From contig OX597818.1 in the NCBI GenBank assembly GCA_951406725.2, positions 100,440,001-100,504,000 on the forward strand: DNA of 64,000 nt, in the 5' to 3' direction. The DNA is from Octopus vulgaris (taxonomy: Eukaryota). Within the stretch, counting starts at the first letter, position 1. Each line of letters starts with the position of its first letter. The notes below the pieces were generated by a model that saw only the letters and a list, made by a program, of their open reading frames with translations, was not told the origin of the DNA and did not search any database. Positions 25,048 to 43,720 of the stretch are shown here, one piece after another. The translations under genes and the position numbers were made by a program.

Positions 25048-25399
25048 AACGTGAAGTATATTTGCCACTTAAATGTAACTAACCACTAAGGGTGTGTGCT
25101 ACTGTAGCTTGTAGTCCCAGAAGAACATCTCTGAACGAGGTATAAACAGTAGCTGCACGACAATCACCGGTCTTCGATGCGAAGGGATCCCAAAGCAAAC
25201 ATATATCCTTTTTCTAGTGCGCTGACGACGGGTAAATACCCAGAAACTCGGGTCCGTACATATCCCTTTGCAAATACTGATAGGGCATAGAAAGTGTGTC
25301 AATGGCCAGCTGGAGGAGATGTTCTCCTGGGGCTACAGGCAACGGTAGCATCCACCCTTAGTCGTTAGCCACATTTAAGTGGCAAATATATTTCACGTT
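25048..25399. mobile_element. MITE with ~84-bp imperfect TIRs
   Basis: AACGTGAAGTATATTTGCCACTTAAATGT... versus ...ACATTTAAGTGGCAAATATATTTCACGTT. Confidence 0.88.
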
Positions 25400-26049
25400 A
25401 AAAGTTTTAATATTAATGAGAAACCCGATGGGCAGCTGGGTCCGTTGCGTAAGTGGTAGCAGCTGTTTGAAATAGCTCTACAAATTAGCAAGGAAATGAT
25501 ACTGCTCAAGTGCACGCCGAATGGATTTTTCCTCATACGCAAACTGACCATATGATTTATTGTTTGAGGGTCTAATTGAAATATGCTTGAGGCTTTTATT
25601 AATTATGGCGAATTCCATCGTAGTATTTCAAAACAAATGACTTTTGGATATAACCCATATCCATCAGCATAATGTTTCTGAAGAGCCTACTAAAGAGCTA
25701 ACGAGTCAATTAAAAACCAATCAATGAACATAAATTAGAAGTTCTTAAATGCCAAATCTTCTAAACTATATATTATATCAAGATAAATTTCCATATAGAT
25801 AGACATATTAGTTTTCAAACAAGACACATTCACACTAAAATTTTATAGTATGAGATGGTACAAAATTTTACAGGAAGTAATTGCGTTTCTAATATAGTCT
25901 GAGAAATACTTGTCTAGAGTGACAAGTGAATCAGAGCCAAATCGCTACCTATAATAATCAAAAATACGAAATATAAAAGAGACGTCCTAGTACACATCTC
26001 GATTTCCTCCAAATGAAATTCTGTTTGGAAGTGACCCGATCATCATGTT

Positions 26050-27985
26050 CTTCTTCTTCTTCTCTTCATTGTTATCATTTTTAATATTGTCCTGTTTAGC
26101 TTTCTTTGAATTCTGCATATTTCATATTACTTGCAAAGTGTCGCATAGTGATACTATGCACATTTATCAAACAATCGACTTACAATTCTCCCCAAAATGT
26201 AAATGTCATAAATTAAATATCAAATACATTTCAAAGGTATTTATATGACAGTACTCTTCTCAAAACACTGAAATTTCCAGTAAGCTCTATTTTTTTGTAT
26301 CTCATGCAAAGATGACTTTCCAGCTACGTGATCCAAATACTTTCATTTCTTTAGTTACCTCATTCCAAGTGAACCGACTATAACATGTACTGTACATTCC
26401 TTAGAATATCAATTTCAACTATCACATCTTTATAATTACTGTGCTTTCGGAGTACTTTACAGGACATACTACAATAAGACCGTATGTTCGTGTAAAGTGA
26501 AAGGTATGTTTTTGTTTATGGTCCTTTGAATTATATTACGTTGGCCTTGATCATTCTATGTTGGCCTTGATCATTCTATTGATGATCACAGGAAAATCCT
26601 AACTAATCGTCACATCATCGTATCCTGTAACTCTATGTGGGGGATGCTTGTATCAGTTATTTCCTGACGTTGTATACATATTATGCACAATGTCATGCTT
26701 AGTTTCATATTCCTCTGTGTGTGTGTGTGTGCGTGTGCGTGAGGCAATAATTTCAAATTTGAAACAAGATGGTTAATGAGTGGGAAACATTGTCAAAACA
26801 TTTTTCATAATCACTCAAATCACTGTGGTTATTTTGTTAGATTTCCAGGATGATACGCTTAATTAGAAGTTAGTCTGCCCACCTGTAAGACCCACATCGG
26901 CAAACTTTTTGTCTCAATGGGGGAAAAGATGATTTTCTTCCCTAAATTTGTAGGCTGCCTCAGTCAAAATTGCGGTGAAAATTGTGAATGATGTAGAGAG
27001 GTGACGGGATGGTAAATTTCTGGAATATTTGTTCCTATTGTCATTTTATATAAAAGCTATTTTCCTGTTGATATTTTATCTTCAAGTGATATCTTATACC
27101 TTGTGTATAGCAGCTATGTTGGTTCTCAGCTTTGTGTATAATTTCGTTATTACATTGTAGTGCGGTACATGCAGGTGTAAGAGATAATAACCAGAAGTTG
27201 GGCAGTTTGCCAATGCCAGGAGATTATCATTTGTTGTCTTTATGTCTTCCTAGGTCTACCTTTCTGAATTATTGAATATTTTCCATGTTATTTATCCATT
27301 CTGTATTTTCATTAAAGGATTTTTCTCTACTGTTTTCCATTATTCTCCTCTTTCAGGAATTGAAAACTCTTACATTTACCTGAATTGTCTGTGTTCCAAT
27401 TTCCCAGTGGAGATATTTTGCATCTAACATAAACAACATATTTTGCCTGTTAAACCTGTTTCATTTTTCAAATATTCTGATTCTTTGAACATTCACCTGC
27501 ACTTTCTGTTTCAAGGTTTCTTTGATTTATAGAATATCTTGTTTTGAAGTAATTCTGTACTTCTTAATCACCTTCCCCACTTTCTTCAAGTAAACAGATT
27601 TACCAGCATATATCTTATTCAACATTTAGATTTCTCACCTCATCGTTTCTATTTATTTCTCGATTTTTATCTTTCAGGGAGTCTTCTCCTGAATGTTGTG
27701 TCCTTTTTGCCTTTTCCTTGACACAAATTTATTTTCTATAATCATTGCTGTTGCATATATAACCTCATGCAATTTAGATACATAAGGCTCCATCTCTTCA
27801 ATTAATATTCTAACTGCGTGATTTCCAATTCTTATGTATCTCCTGTTCTAGTTATTGATTGTCAGCTTTTGCAATGAATCTCTTTCACTCATACTGATGT
27901 AGGTTTTTACTTTCTCTTGTGTTTGATCTTTATGCTCATGAGTCAAACTATACTTATCCATATTGGTAAACTGCCTTTCAGTTTA
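26050..27985 (-). mobile_element. Degenerate R4/Dong-like LINE remnants
   Basis: VIVGSLGM and EIQK motifs near 26300-26390; SPGIGKLPNFWL near 27190-27225. Confidence 0.7.
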
Positions 27986-28005
27986 AATATTATTATTATT
28001 ATTAT

Positions 28006-28545
28006 TGAGTGAGAGAGCAGTGCATGCCATCAAAGTGACACTGGGGTAAAATATACGAAGCCCAGTATACCCATCATGACTATCTGTCTGATAAGGGCAC
28101 ACCAGGCATATGCATCACACCATATGTGCACGACAGGATTTCATATCAAGATAAACAGCGCATCACCTTGCAGGTGGGGTCCAGTTAGAATTATCTTCAG
28201 GTCGAGTAGCCCATCCCACTCAAAAGGTCCTTCAATAAGGATTAAGGATGTTGAACGAAACACCCATGTTTCCAAAGGCGAATTATCCAAACCCCAAAGA
28301 ATTCCTCCCAACACATGGCTATGATGCTCCCCACTACTTCTGCTCGTGATCAGAGATGCACGTATTGTCAGCCACTAAGGGACATGCTCAACTGGTTAAG
28401 GTCAAGCAACTGACAAGCAAATCTGTGATATTGAGCAGAATACTTGCTGTAGCCCATTTTTATACCAAGACAAAACAATGTACATGATAACACTTCCAAT
28501 CAGTTAAGATCAGAAGCCATGAGTGCCACTGCCTGGTACTGCATC

Positions 28546-28547
<2 letters not shown>
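28006..28547. mobile_element. ~550-bp non-coding interspersed element embedded in (TTA)n, copy 2
   Basis: Same two ends as 18726-19282, opposite orientation. Confidence 0.9.
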
Positions 28548-28586
<39 letters not shown>

Positions 28587-28591
28587 TATTA

Positions 28592-28965
28592 TTTCATATA
28601 CGCTCAACATATTAGATGGTTGGGAAAGAAAAGTTCCCAACATCGGGCTACAAGTAACCGTAGATGCCAAGAACCCTGCTAAGTATCCTAGGTGTCCCTA
28701 ATATTACTGCTATCTGGAACTGTACAGAACTGGGTTTTTATGCGTATTATCTCAATCTATCTGTTCAAATCATTAGGGATAGTTCCTAATGCCCTATAAC
28801 TTCTGGGATACCTTTTACCCAACTTTCCTTAATCTTTGTAACTGAATGGCAAGGACCTGGTACTTTGCTATTTCCTGTATACTTCTCATATTGACTTTCG
28901 CATCAATTGGAACTGTAAAGTCAATTATCTGAAACTTTCTCTTCTCTTTATCTACCACTACTACT
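28592..28965 (-). mobile_element. R4/Dong-like LINE 3' fragment
   Basis: VVVVDKEKRKFQIIDFTVP...KYQ; ALGTIP; abuts (TTA)n. Confidence 0.8.
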
Positions 28966-30017
28966 GTTTAATAATAATAATAATAATAATAACAATAATA
29001 ACAGTAACAATAATAATAATTATTATTAATGTTATTATTATTATTGTTGTTGTTGTTTACTGCTGACAAAGTAGTCGTTGTGAACAAGTCGTTCTCTGAT
29101 ATAAAACATGTTAGTATACGAAATACATTTTATTTTTACTGCGGTGACTAGCATTTCGATAACATTCTATATTTTAGATTCACCTCTGCAAGGGTCTCAG
29201 AAGAGAATAAAATAAGTTTTGTGTTATATTTTAAAACAAATCTTTTAACCTATGTCGCCACAAAAGTAAAACATAAGGAGATGAATAATAATTGCTACGC
29301 CCCAACATAAGAAAGCTGAAACAAATACATTGTACGCACAGAGAGTAAAAGGCAAAACATAATCGAAACAGAAAAAAAAGAAAAGTAGTGAGCACAAACT
29401 AAATGGAAACACGCTTTTCAAGTACACTGAAATCTTATCTTGTCTACAATAATAATATCGGCTGCATACACACATCACTTAGGATTTAAACATGAACAAA
29501 GAGAAATTGCAAAATCGAAAAGGAAATATACATGGGGAGAAAAAAAATTGTCACAATTTGTCTGGTCCCATCCAAACACGATTAGGAGACAACTATATAA
29601 TAAATTAAGTGAAATAAAGTGTCTTGAAAGTGCGATATCATATAGCACTATTTTAAAACAGCATATATTATAAACAGGATACGGGCGAAAATATAACCCA
29701 GTTTATACGTGATGCCTGAAAACATGTTCTTTCCACAGTTTTTGAGAAACTTGTCCTGGAATGTGCCTTTAGACTTGTAATTGTCTACTTGTCTACAACC
29801 CTACAGATAGGGGTGTCTAGACTTATTCAGGTTCCCGGTAATTTTTCTCGAAAGATCTCGACCTTTATTTTAGTGGGTGATTGAAATGCCATTTTCGATT
29901 CACTTTTAAATTGTGTAGGGTGAGCTGATAAGCGAAGGTGCAAAAACCTCGCATAAATACATTAGGGAAGTACTGTCCATGATCTGATACTCGCTGTGCT
30001 GTATATATTTCTGAATT

Positions 30018-30792
30018 GGATCGTTCCTTTTGAACGGCAGTTTGTAACATAATTTCTAGGTAACTAAAAAGTTTTAAACTTTGTATACTGGTAGAATGCG
30101 TTTATAAAACATCATTTTTCTCTTGGTTTTATTGAGAAAATTTTATAGTTTGTAAGATATTTCGTCTGAAAATCCGAGCATTTCGGCAATTTTAACCAGT
30201 CGATTATCTCTATTGAACTAAAATCATTTGCTGCGTTTAAAACTGAGACAACATCCTGTCACTAACCCTCAACCTAACCCTAACCCTAATTTTTTTTTTC
30301 TTAATTGTTACGCGTGTAAAAAAAAAAAAGCAATGGAAAATAATTTAAACAATTAACAAACAAAATAATTCTATAATTTTATACACACGCTTTCCGTAAC
30401 ACACGCTTTCCGTATACGTACAGAAAGCGTGTGTATAAAATTATAGAATTATTTTGTTTGTTAATTGTCTAAATTATTTTCCATTGCTTTGGTTTTTTTA
30501 CACGCGTAACAATTAGATTAATTTAACAATTAAGAAAAAAAAGTTAGGGGTAGGTTGAGGGTTAGTGACAGGATGTTGTCTTAGTTTTAGACGCAGCAAA
30601 TGATTTTAGCTCAAAAGAGAGCATAGGATTGGTTAAAATTCGAAAAATTAAACTACGTTAAACAAACAAATTACAATTTTCTCAAGAAAGCCAAGAGAAA
30701 AAATGTTTTATTTTGAAACATTCTACCAGTATACGATGTTTTAAAGTGTTTAGTTTACTAGAAATTGTCTGCCGTTCAAAAGGAAAAGATCC
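30018..30792. mobile_element. Foldback (whole-length palindromic) DNA element, same TIR family as 22520-22953
   Basis: Arms invert around TACGTA at 30415-30420; TSD tctgaatt/tcggaatt; CCTAACCCTAA on the left arm and GTTAGGG on the right. Confidence 0.93.
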
Positions 30793-31629
30793 TCGGAATT
30801 GTATACATAAGTACTTGTCCGCTCGAGCACTACATGTTAGCACATCTGTACAGTTAACAAAATTCCATATTTTGCGTGTTACAATGTGAGTGTATAGACA
30901 GAGGCGTATAACTCGATATATCTTCGTCTATATAATTTCGCCAGTTTGGAGGCTTGACAAAATCAAATATATTCCCCTAATGATTTCACAGAGGATACGC
31001 ATACGTCAAAACAAACGATATATGTTTAATAACTATCTTCATTACCTCTAGAGAGACATTACAAGAACGAAACTGAGTCGCTTCAAAAGTGGCAACCAAT
31101 TTCGATCCGACGTTCATGTGTGCATAATACACTCATAGAACTATAATTCTATAAATATTAGAAATGTCACAAGATCCAACTTTTCAATTCTACATAAAGA
31201 TAGAAATTTAGTTTCCAGTCAAATTAAAACTAATAATTGTTTTGATTTCTCATTGTGAAACAGAAAATAAAAACAGTTTGCGGCATTCGAAACCACGCTG
31301 AGAAAATTGTTATAAACTACACTTGACTCTGATGGAAGCTATTGTAATGAGAAAACTACAATGGTACTAATTTCTATTGACAATTGATCTGTTAGATACA
31401 AGTTAAATAGATCGATGACAAATATATATTTGTATCATCACAATCGCACACCATCTTTCAGTTAAGACAACAAATGTTTTTAGCTATGCGTGTTACGTTC
31501 GATTGTTCGCAATTTGGCTCCAACACAGTATCATATAATATATATTTTAGAGCAATCGGTTAAAACTATGATGTCTGTTCTTTTATTGTTTCTTGTCTTT
31601 TAGCATTTCATATATTACATAATTATCTT

Positions 31630-31708
<79 letters not shown>

Positions 31709-31835
31709 CTGGGCAACGGCGATATACGAACGTAGATAGAAATTTACATCGGCACATAAAAGTATACGGACAGATTCCTAGAATATAAACATATATACAT
31801 ATATTCTGAGACATTTTACATTTATGCGTGCATTA

Positions 31836-32186
31836 TTTTATTTGTTTCAGTTAGTTGATAGAAGCCATGCTAGAGAACCGCCTCTATTCGAACAAATCGA
31901 CACCAGAACTTTTTCTTTGTAAGCCTAGTACGTATTCTATCGGTCTTTTGGGCCTAATCGCTATATTACGGGGGCGCAAACACACCAACATCGGTTGTCA
32001 AGCGATGGTTGGGGACAAACACAGCCTCACAAACACGCACAGACATATATATATATATACGACGGACTTCTTTCAGTTTCCGTCTGTATTTGGCCCCTTG
32101 GGAATGGTGTAAAAACATGGTGGTACTGAACCCGGAACCATATGGTTGGTAAACAAGCTATTTACCAGACAGACACTCCCGCACCT
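31836..32186 (-). mobile_element. SINE family A, diverged
   Basis: Homologous to 42241-42634. Confidence 0.8.
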
Positions 32187-32214
32187 ATGTAAGTTACATT
32201 TATAAATAGACTCA

Positions 32215-32415
32215 AATTTTGGTACAAGGCCAATATTTGGAGGGAATGGTTATGTTAAAAACATGGATCCCACTGTTCAACTGGCATTTATTTTATCAAC
32301 CACAAAAGGGTAAATGGTACAGTCGATCTCGGGAGAATTAGAACTCAGAACGTATAGACGGGCGAAATGCCGTTTAGTATGTCGTCCCGTATGCTGACGA
32401 ATCTGGCAGACACCA
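32215..32415 (-). mobile_element. SINE family E, diverged
   Basis: GAACTCAGAACG and GGTACAAGGCC tail shared with other copies. Confidence 0.65.
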
Positions 32416-32954
32416 TAATTGTATTTATAAATAAAGGCGAAATATGCAGATTAGTAACAGCATTCGACAGAATACCTCGAGATATTTTTCGCAAATTTCT
32501 ACGTGCTGAGTTCCATTCCCCATAAGGTTAAATTTGAATTTCATCTCTTTCGAGGTCATCAAGAACGATTACCACTTTAGGGTTGTAGTTTACTAGAGGG
32601 TGAGAATGCTGAAGGGTGATGCATTTTAATATCCCGGATCTCCGTCATCCGGTGGCAATGCCCATAATTGTACCGAGGAGATCTTTCGGGCCCGATTTTT
32701 CCTTGGAAAATCGTCAGTGGCATGGAGATCTGAGGCAACGTAACTTTTAGTTTTCTACCAAAACACTTGTCGAGAACAGTACCTTGGAAAATTGTTTTGG
32801 AGGTGCATATATCTTAGCTATGTATTCATCGATGAATATATAGCTAGATATGAGCAGCCACAATTTTACCATTACGTTATATATAAAAAGCAAATAGTAA
32901 AAATCCTATACAATTACACTTATAAACAAACACACACACACACACACACCTATA

Positions 32955-33182
32955 TATTTCTTTATTGCCAACAAAGGGCCAAACATAGAGGCGATAAATA
33001 AGGACAGACAAATGGATTAAGTCGATGACATCGACTCCAGTGCGTAACTAGTACTTTATTTATCGACCCCGAAAGGATGAGATGCAAAGTCGACGTCGGC
33101 GGAATTCGAGCTCAGAACGTAGTGGCAGAGGAAATACCGGTATTTTGCCCAACGTGCTAACGTTTCTGTCAGTTCGACGTCT
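32955..33182 (-). mobile_element. SINE family E
   Basis: Matches 57833-58035 (TCGACCCCGAAAGGATGA...). Confidence 0.85.
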
Positions 33183-33186
33183 ATTT

Positions 33187-37214
<4,028 letters not shown>

Positions 37215-40200
37215 GATTGATTGATTGATTGATTGATTCCAGTTCCAGCCTGTGAGCTGTGGCCATGCTGGGGCACCGCCATTTGGTGTTGCTACTTGGT
37301 TTTACTTCATGGGGGCTTTCTAGCAACTGCTATTTGGTGCATGAGAGAGTTCGATGCAGCTGCCCTCATCTGCCCCTCCTGCCGTGAAGTTGGTTCATCT
37401 GGGACACCAGACAGGAAGAGATCCAGCTTCATTTTAAAGACATCTGTATCCACCCCATGCAGGTCTCTCAGGTTCTTCGGGAGGATATTGAAGAGCTGTG
37501 GGCCTCGGAAGCCCAGGCTATCACAGAATCTTGTCCTACATCTTGATGGCAGGTTTGGAGTCCTAGGCACCACGCAGTGGCGCCCAGTTCTGGCATTTGT
37601 GTAACTCTCGATGCCAAAGTTCAGGACACTTCCCTCCAGGATCTTCCAGATGTATATTATGGCATATCTTTCCCGCCTACGCTCCAGGGAGTATAATTTT
37701 AATCTCTTGAGTCTTTCCCAGTAGCTTACATTCTGCATAGAGGCTATCTTCTTTGTGTAGCTTCGTTGGACCGCCTCAAGTTCTGTGATCAACTTGACAC
37801 TGGATGGTGACCATAGCTGAGAGCAATAGTCAAAGTGGCTTAGGACAAGTGTCTTCCAGAGGACCATCATGGTTTCTTGTTCTCTTGTTCTAAAGGTTCT
37901 AAGAATCCAGCCAGCCAGCCGTCTACATTTCACTGTCAGTTTAGCAACATGTACATGAAAGGTCGCGTCATCACTCATGTGAATACCCAGGTCACGCACT
38001 GATTGTGCCTCTGGGATTGCAATCCCTCCGGGTCCAGTGTATTCATTGGGTATTGCATTCAGTTTTGCATGCTGATAGTATAAAGCTTGAAACTTTCCAG
38101 CATTGAACTGCATGCTATTCTTTTCAGCCCACTTGTATATTTCGTCCAGCTCACATTGCAGGTTTTTAGTGTCCTCAGGGTTCTGTATTGCCTGTGAAAC
38201 TTTTGTATCATCTGCATAACTTGTGATCGTGGATCTCTGCGTGGCTGAGGGCATGTCTGAGAGGGCCATTATGAACAGTAGTGGTCCCAAAACAGTGCCC
38301 TGTGGAACACCACTCATTATTTGCGTGTTAATGGAAGTGGCCCCATTGGCTACTACCACCTGACTTCTATTCTTCAGAAAGTCGTGAAGCCATTCTCCTA
38401 GTTTTCCAACTATGCCAAGATCACGCAACCTGTGACATATCATTCCGTGATCGACTTTATCGAAGGCCTTTGCGAAGTCGAGATATATGACTTCCACATT
38501 TGAGTGGTTGAGCAGTTGTTTCAGCACCCAGTCATAGTGCTGCAGGAGCTGAGTTAAGCAGCTTCTTCCTGGTCGGAAACCATGTTGGGTGTCAGGCAGC
38601 AAGTCATTTTCTTCAAGGAAGGTGATTAGTTTCCTTCTGACTATTCGTTCCATGACCTTGCTGATGTGTGAGGTCAGAGAGATAGGTCTGTAGTTCTTTG
38701 CCTCCGCTCTGCTACCTCCTTTATGAATAGGGCATATTTTACCTTCCTTCAGTCCCCTTGGAAGTTTGCCAGCTGCAAGGAAGCTCTGAAAGAGGAACTG
38801 CAGTGGTCTTGCTAAGACTCTCTTACATACTTTTAGGAGGATTGCCGGGAATCCATCGGGGCCAGTAGCTGAGTCTATTTTCATTTCATCTATAGCCTTT
38901 ATTACATCGTCTTCCTTTATCTCGATGTAACTTATCGTCGCCGCCTCTGATTCTATATCTGCAGTGGTAAAGAAGTCAGTTGGATTGCTGATTTGGAAAT
39001 GCCCAAGGGGTGGAGTGAAAACACTCTTGAATTGTTCATTCAGTATTTCACTTACCCTCATTGGTTTTCCTGTGAGTGTGCCATCCTTTTCAAGGAGTGG
39101 CCCTATCCTACAGTGCACTGTAGCCGTTTCTTTGGCATACCTGTAGAAAGCTCTGGGGTTAGTTTTTATGTTGTCTATAGCCCAGGCTTCTTTGTCTGCT
39201 CTTTCCTTCTCATGGGAAAGTTGCAGACAATTTTCAATTTCCAACAGTTTTATTTTCAGGCGGGACTTTTCACTACTTTCAATTTGTTTGTTTAGGCGAT
39301 TTGAAATTTTTGTACGCCGTCTCATTAAAATTTTCCTCTCTCTGGGGATTTTGTTCTTGTGTACAGTGGCCTTTCTCTCTGGGACACATTTGTAGCATAT
39401 GGCTTGCATTACAGACATGAATTGTTGAAGTATCATGTCGATGTCCGGCGAGGAGAGACATTCAGGCCAGTTTTGTTTGAGGATCTCTTTCTCAATTTGT
39501 TTCCAGTTTGCCTTATTGAAGTTCAGGCTGGAAAGATTCTGAGGGTTTCTTGTAGGCTGCATGTCCGTGCTCTCTTTTGGCCCGTACATGGTCAGCTCTA
39601 CCATGTTGTGATCCGAGAGTAGTGTCGGTGTCACTTTCACATTATGGATGAGGTCCATATTATTTGTGAAGCAGAGATCCAGTGTGTTACCTGCTCTTGT
39701 TGGTTGCAGTATTACTTGCTCCATGTATAGGGTGTTGGTGAGGTTCAGGAGGGACCTCGCCTGTCCACGTTCACATCTTGTCATTCCTGGGAGAGAAAGG
39801 CCCTCGGGCCATCTGACATTCGGTAGATTGAAGTCTCCCATGAGAAGTACACTTATGTGTTGTTCTAATGTGGTTAGAACTTCTTCTATTTTTAAAAGGC
39901 AGTCCTCGAACTTGCCCATATGACTTGGGGCATCTGGAGGGCGATATGTAGCACACACAACTACATCAAGTTGCCTTATGTGTACAATTAGTGTGTCACA
40001 CACCGAGTTTGAGTATGACAAAAGGACCTGGGGTGTGAGGTCCCCACGGATGTACATAGCAACTCCTCCATGACTCCTTTCTTTCCTGTCGGTCCGTAGT
40101 ACAACATACTGTGGTATGTGTAATTCCGCATCTGCTATGTCCGGTTTCAGATGCGTTTCTGTGAGTGCTATGCATAAGGCTTGATTGCATGCGACAAAGT

Positions 40201-40393
40201 CTCTCAGGAACGGGACTTTTGTCCTGTTACTGTGTGTTAGTAAACCTCTGATGTTCAGTAGGAGCATCGAGGTGAGGTGTATGCTGTTGCCGGCGTTGTC
40301 CACCCTGGGTCCATCTGCTGTGGCGGTCTTGTGAACTGTGGGCAGTTCCATCTGCGAGCCTGAGCCTGATGGAGCCAGGTTAGCTGCTGTACA
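37215..40393 (-). mobile_element. CR1-group (CR1/L2-like) LINE inserted in (TA)n, with (AATC)n tail
   Basis: Intact APE-RT ORF, short 3' UTR, TA arrays on both sides. Confidence 0.95.
37307..40351 (-). CDS. LINE ORF2: AP endonuclease plus reverse transcriptase, 1014 aa, uninterrupted
   Basis: [26 protein letters not shown]; [30 protein letters not shown]. Confidence 0.93.
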   Translation of the reverse strand: MELPTVHKTATADGPRVDNAGNSIHLTSMLLLNIRGLLTHSNRTKVPFLRDFVACNQALCIALTETHLKPDIADAELHIPQYVVLRTDRKERSHGGVAMYIRGDLTPQVLLSYSNSVCDTLIVHIRQLDVVVCATYRPPDAPSHMGKFEDCLLKIEEVLTTLEQHISVLLMGDFNLPNVRWPEGLSLPGMTRCERGQARSLLNLTNTLYMEQVILQPTRAGNTLDLCFTNNMDLIHNVKVTPTLLSDHNMVELTMYGPKESTDMQPTRNPQNLSSLNFNKANWKQIEKEILKQNWPECLSSPDIDMILQQFMSVMQAICYKCVPERKATVHKNKIPRERKILMRRRTKISNRLNKQIESSEKSRLKIKLLEIENCLQLSHEKERADKEAWAIDNIKTNPRAFYRYAKETATVHCRIGPLLEKDGTLTGKPMRVSEILNEQFKSVFTPPLGHFQISNPTDFFTTADIESEAATISYIEIKEDDVIKAIDEMKIDSATGPDGFPAILLKVCKRVLARPLQFLFQSFLAAGKLPRGLKEGKICPIHKGGSRAEAKNYRPISLTSHISKVMERIVRRKLITFLEENDLLPDTQHGFRPGRSCLTQLLQHYDWVLKQLLNHSNVEVIYLDFAKAFDKVDHGMICHRLRDLGIVGKLGEWLHDFLKNRSQVVVANGATSINTQIMSGVPQGTVLGPLLFIMALSDMPSATQRSTITSYADDTKVSQAIQNPEDTKNLQCELDEIYKWAEKNSMQFNAGKFQALYYQHAKLNAIPNEYTGPGGIAIPEAQSVRDLGIHMSDDATFHVHVAKLTVKCRRLAGWILRTFRTREQETMMVLWKTLVLSHFDYCSQLWSPSSVKLITELEAVQRSYTKKIASMQNVSYWERLKRLKLYSLERRRERYAIIYIWKILEGSVLNFGIESYTNARTGRHCVVPRTPNLPSRCRTRFCDSLGFRGPQLFNILPKNLRDLHGVDTDVFKMKLDLFLSGVPDEPTSRQEGQMRAAASNSLMHQIAVARKPP

Positions 40394-42240
<1,847 letters not shown>

Positions 42241-42631
42241 TCTTTTACTCTTTACTTGTTTCAGTCATTTGACTGCGGCCATACTGGAGCACCGCCTTTA
42301 ATCGAGCAACTCGACCCCGGGACTTATTCTTTGTAAGCCCAGTACTTATTCTATCGGTCTCTTTTGCCGAACCGCTAAGTGACGGAAACATAAACACACC
42401 AGCATCTGTTGTCAAGCAATGCTAGGGGGACAAACACAAACATACACGCACACATATATATACATATATACGACGGGCTTCTTTCAGATTCCGTCTACCA
42501 AATCCACTCACAAGGCTTTGGTCGGCCCGAGGCTATAGTAGAAGACACTTGCCCAAGGTGCCACGCAGTGGGACCGAACCCAGAACCATGTGGTTGGTAA
42601 ACAAGCTACTTTCCACACAGCCACTCCTGCG

Positions 42632-42634
<3 letters not shown>
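42241..42634 (-). mobile_element. tRNA-headed SINE family A, full length, in (TA)n
   Basis: Minus strand: GGCGCAGGAGTGGCTGTGTGG head, GGTTCGGTCCC B box, internal TA/TG microsatellite, CR1-like 3' end GGCGGTGCTCCAGTATGGCCGCAG. Confidence 0.92.
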
Positions 42635-42670
<36 letters not shown>

Positions 42671-42672
<2 letters not shown>

Positions 42673-43634
42673 TGGGGCCACTGATGTTCATAGTGGCCCT
42701 TTCAGACATGCCTTCAGTTGCTACGATGACCACCCTTGCTAGCTATGCAGATGACACAAAAGTTTCCCACGCAATACAAAACCCTGGCACACAAAGGTAA
42801 ACGACGTGCAGACTGGATACACTGGCCCAGGAAGAATTGCAATCCCTGAGTCAAAATCAGTGCGTGACCTGGGCATTGACATGAGCAATGATGCATCTTT
42901 CCAAGTGCATATTGCTAATCTGGTGATAAAATGCAGACGGCTAGCTTGATGGATTCTCCGAACTTTCAAAACAAGAGAGAAGGAGACACTGATGGTCCTA
43001 TGGAAAACTTTAGTCCTCAGCCGCTTGGAATACTGCTCCCAACTATGGTCACCACACAATATAAAACTAACAGCAGAACTCGAAGCAATTCAGAGAAGCT
43101 ACACAATGAAAATCGTCTCAATGCAAAATATCAGCTACTGGGAAAGACTGAAGGTATTAAACATCTTCTTCATAGAGCGGAGGCGGGAGAGATATGCGGT
43201 GATATACATCTGGAAAATCCTGGAGGGTCTTGTCCCAAACTTTGGCATTCAAAGTTACCCCAACCGCAGAACGGGGCGCCACTGCATGGTGCCAAAGATT
43301 CCAACATCACCATCAAAATACAGGTCCAGATACTGCAACAGCTTGTGTTTCAGGGGACCACAGCTCTTTAACATCTTCCCTAAATGCCTGAGGGACTTAC
43401 ATGGTGTGGATGTGGGTTTCTTTAAAATGAAACTGGATCTCTTCTTGTCGGGAGTCCCAGATGAACCTACCTCACGACAGGAGACGAAGATGCGGGCAGC
43501 AGCGTCGAACTCCCTTGTTGATCAAGTGCCACGTATCAGAGGTGGATTCACATATTAGTGTAGCTTATTCAGCAGTGGTGCCCCAATATGGCCGCGGCCT
43601 CCGGGCTAAACATTTTAAAGGATTTTAAGGATTT
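42671..43634 (+). mobile_element. 5'-truncated, internally deleted CR1-group LINE (sister subfamily)
   Basis: [26 protein letters not shown]-like, [14 protein letters not shown]; (TTTTAAGGA)-type tail. Confidence 0.92.
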
Positions 43635-43671
<37 letters not shown>

Positions 43672-43720
43672 TATGTATATATGTATACATATATACATAT
43701 ATATATATGTATATTTATAT

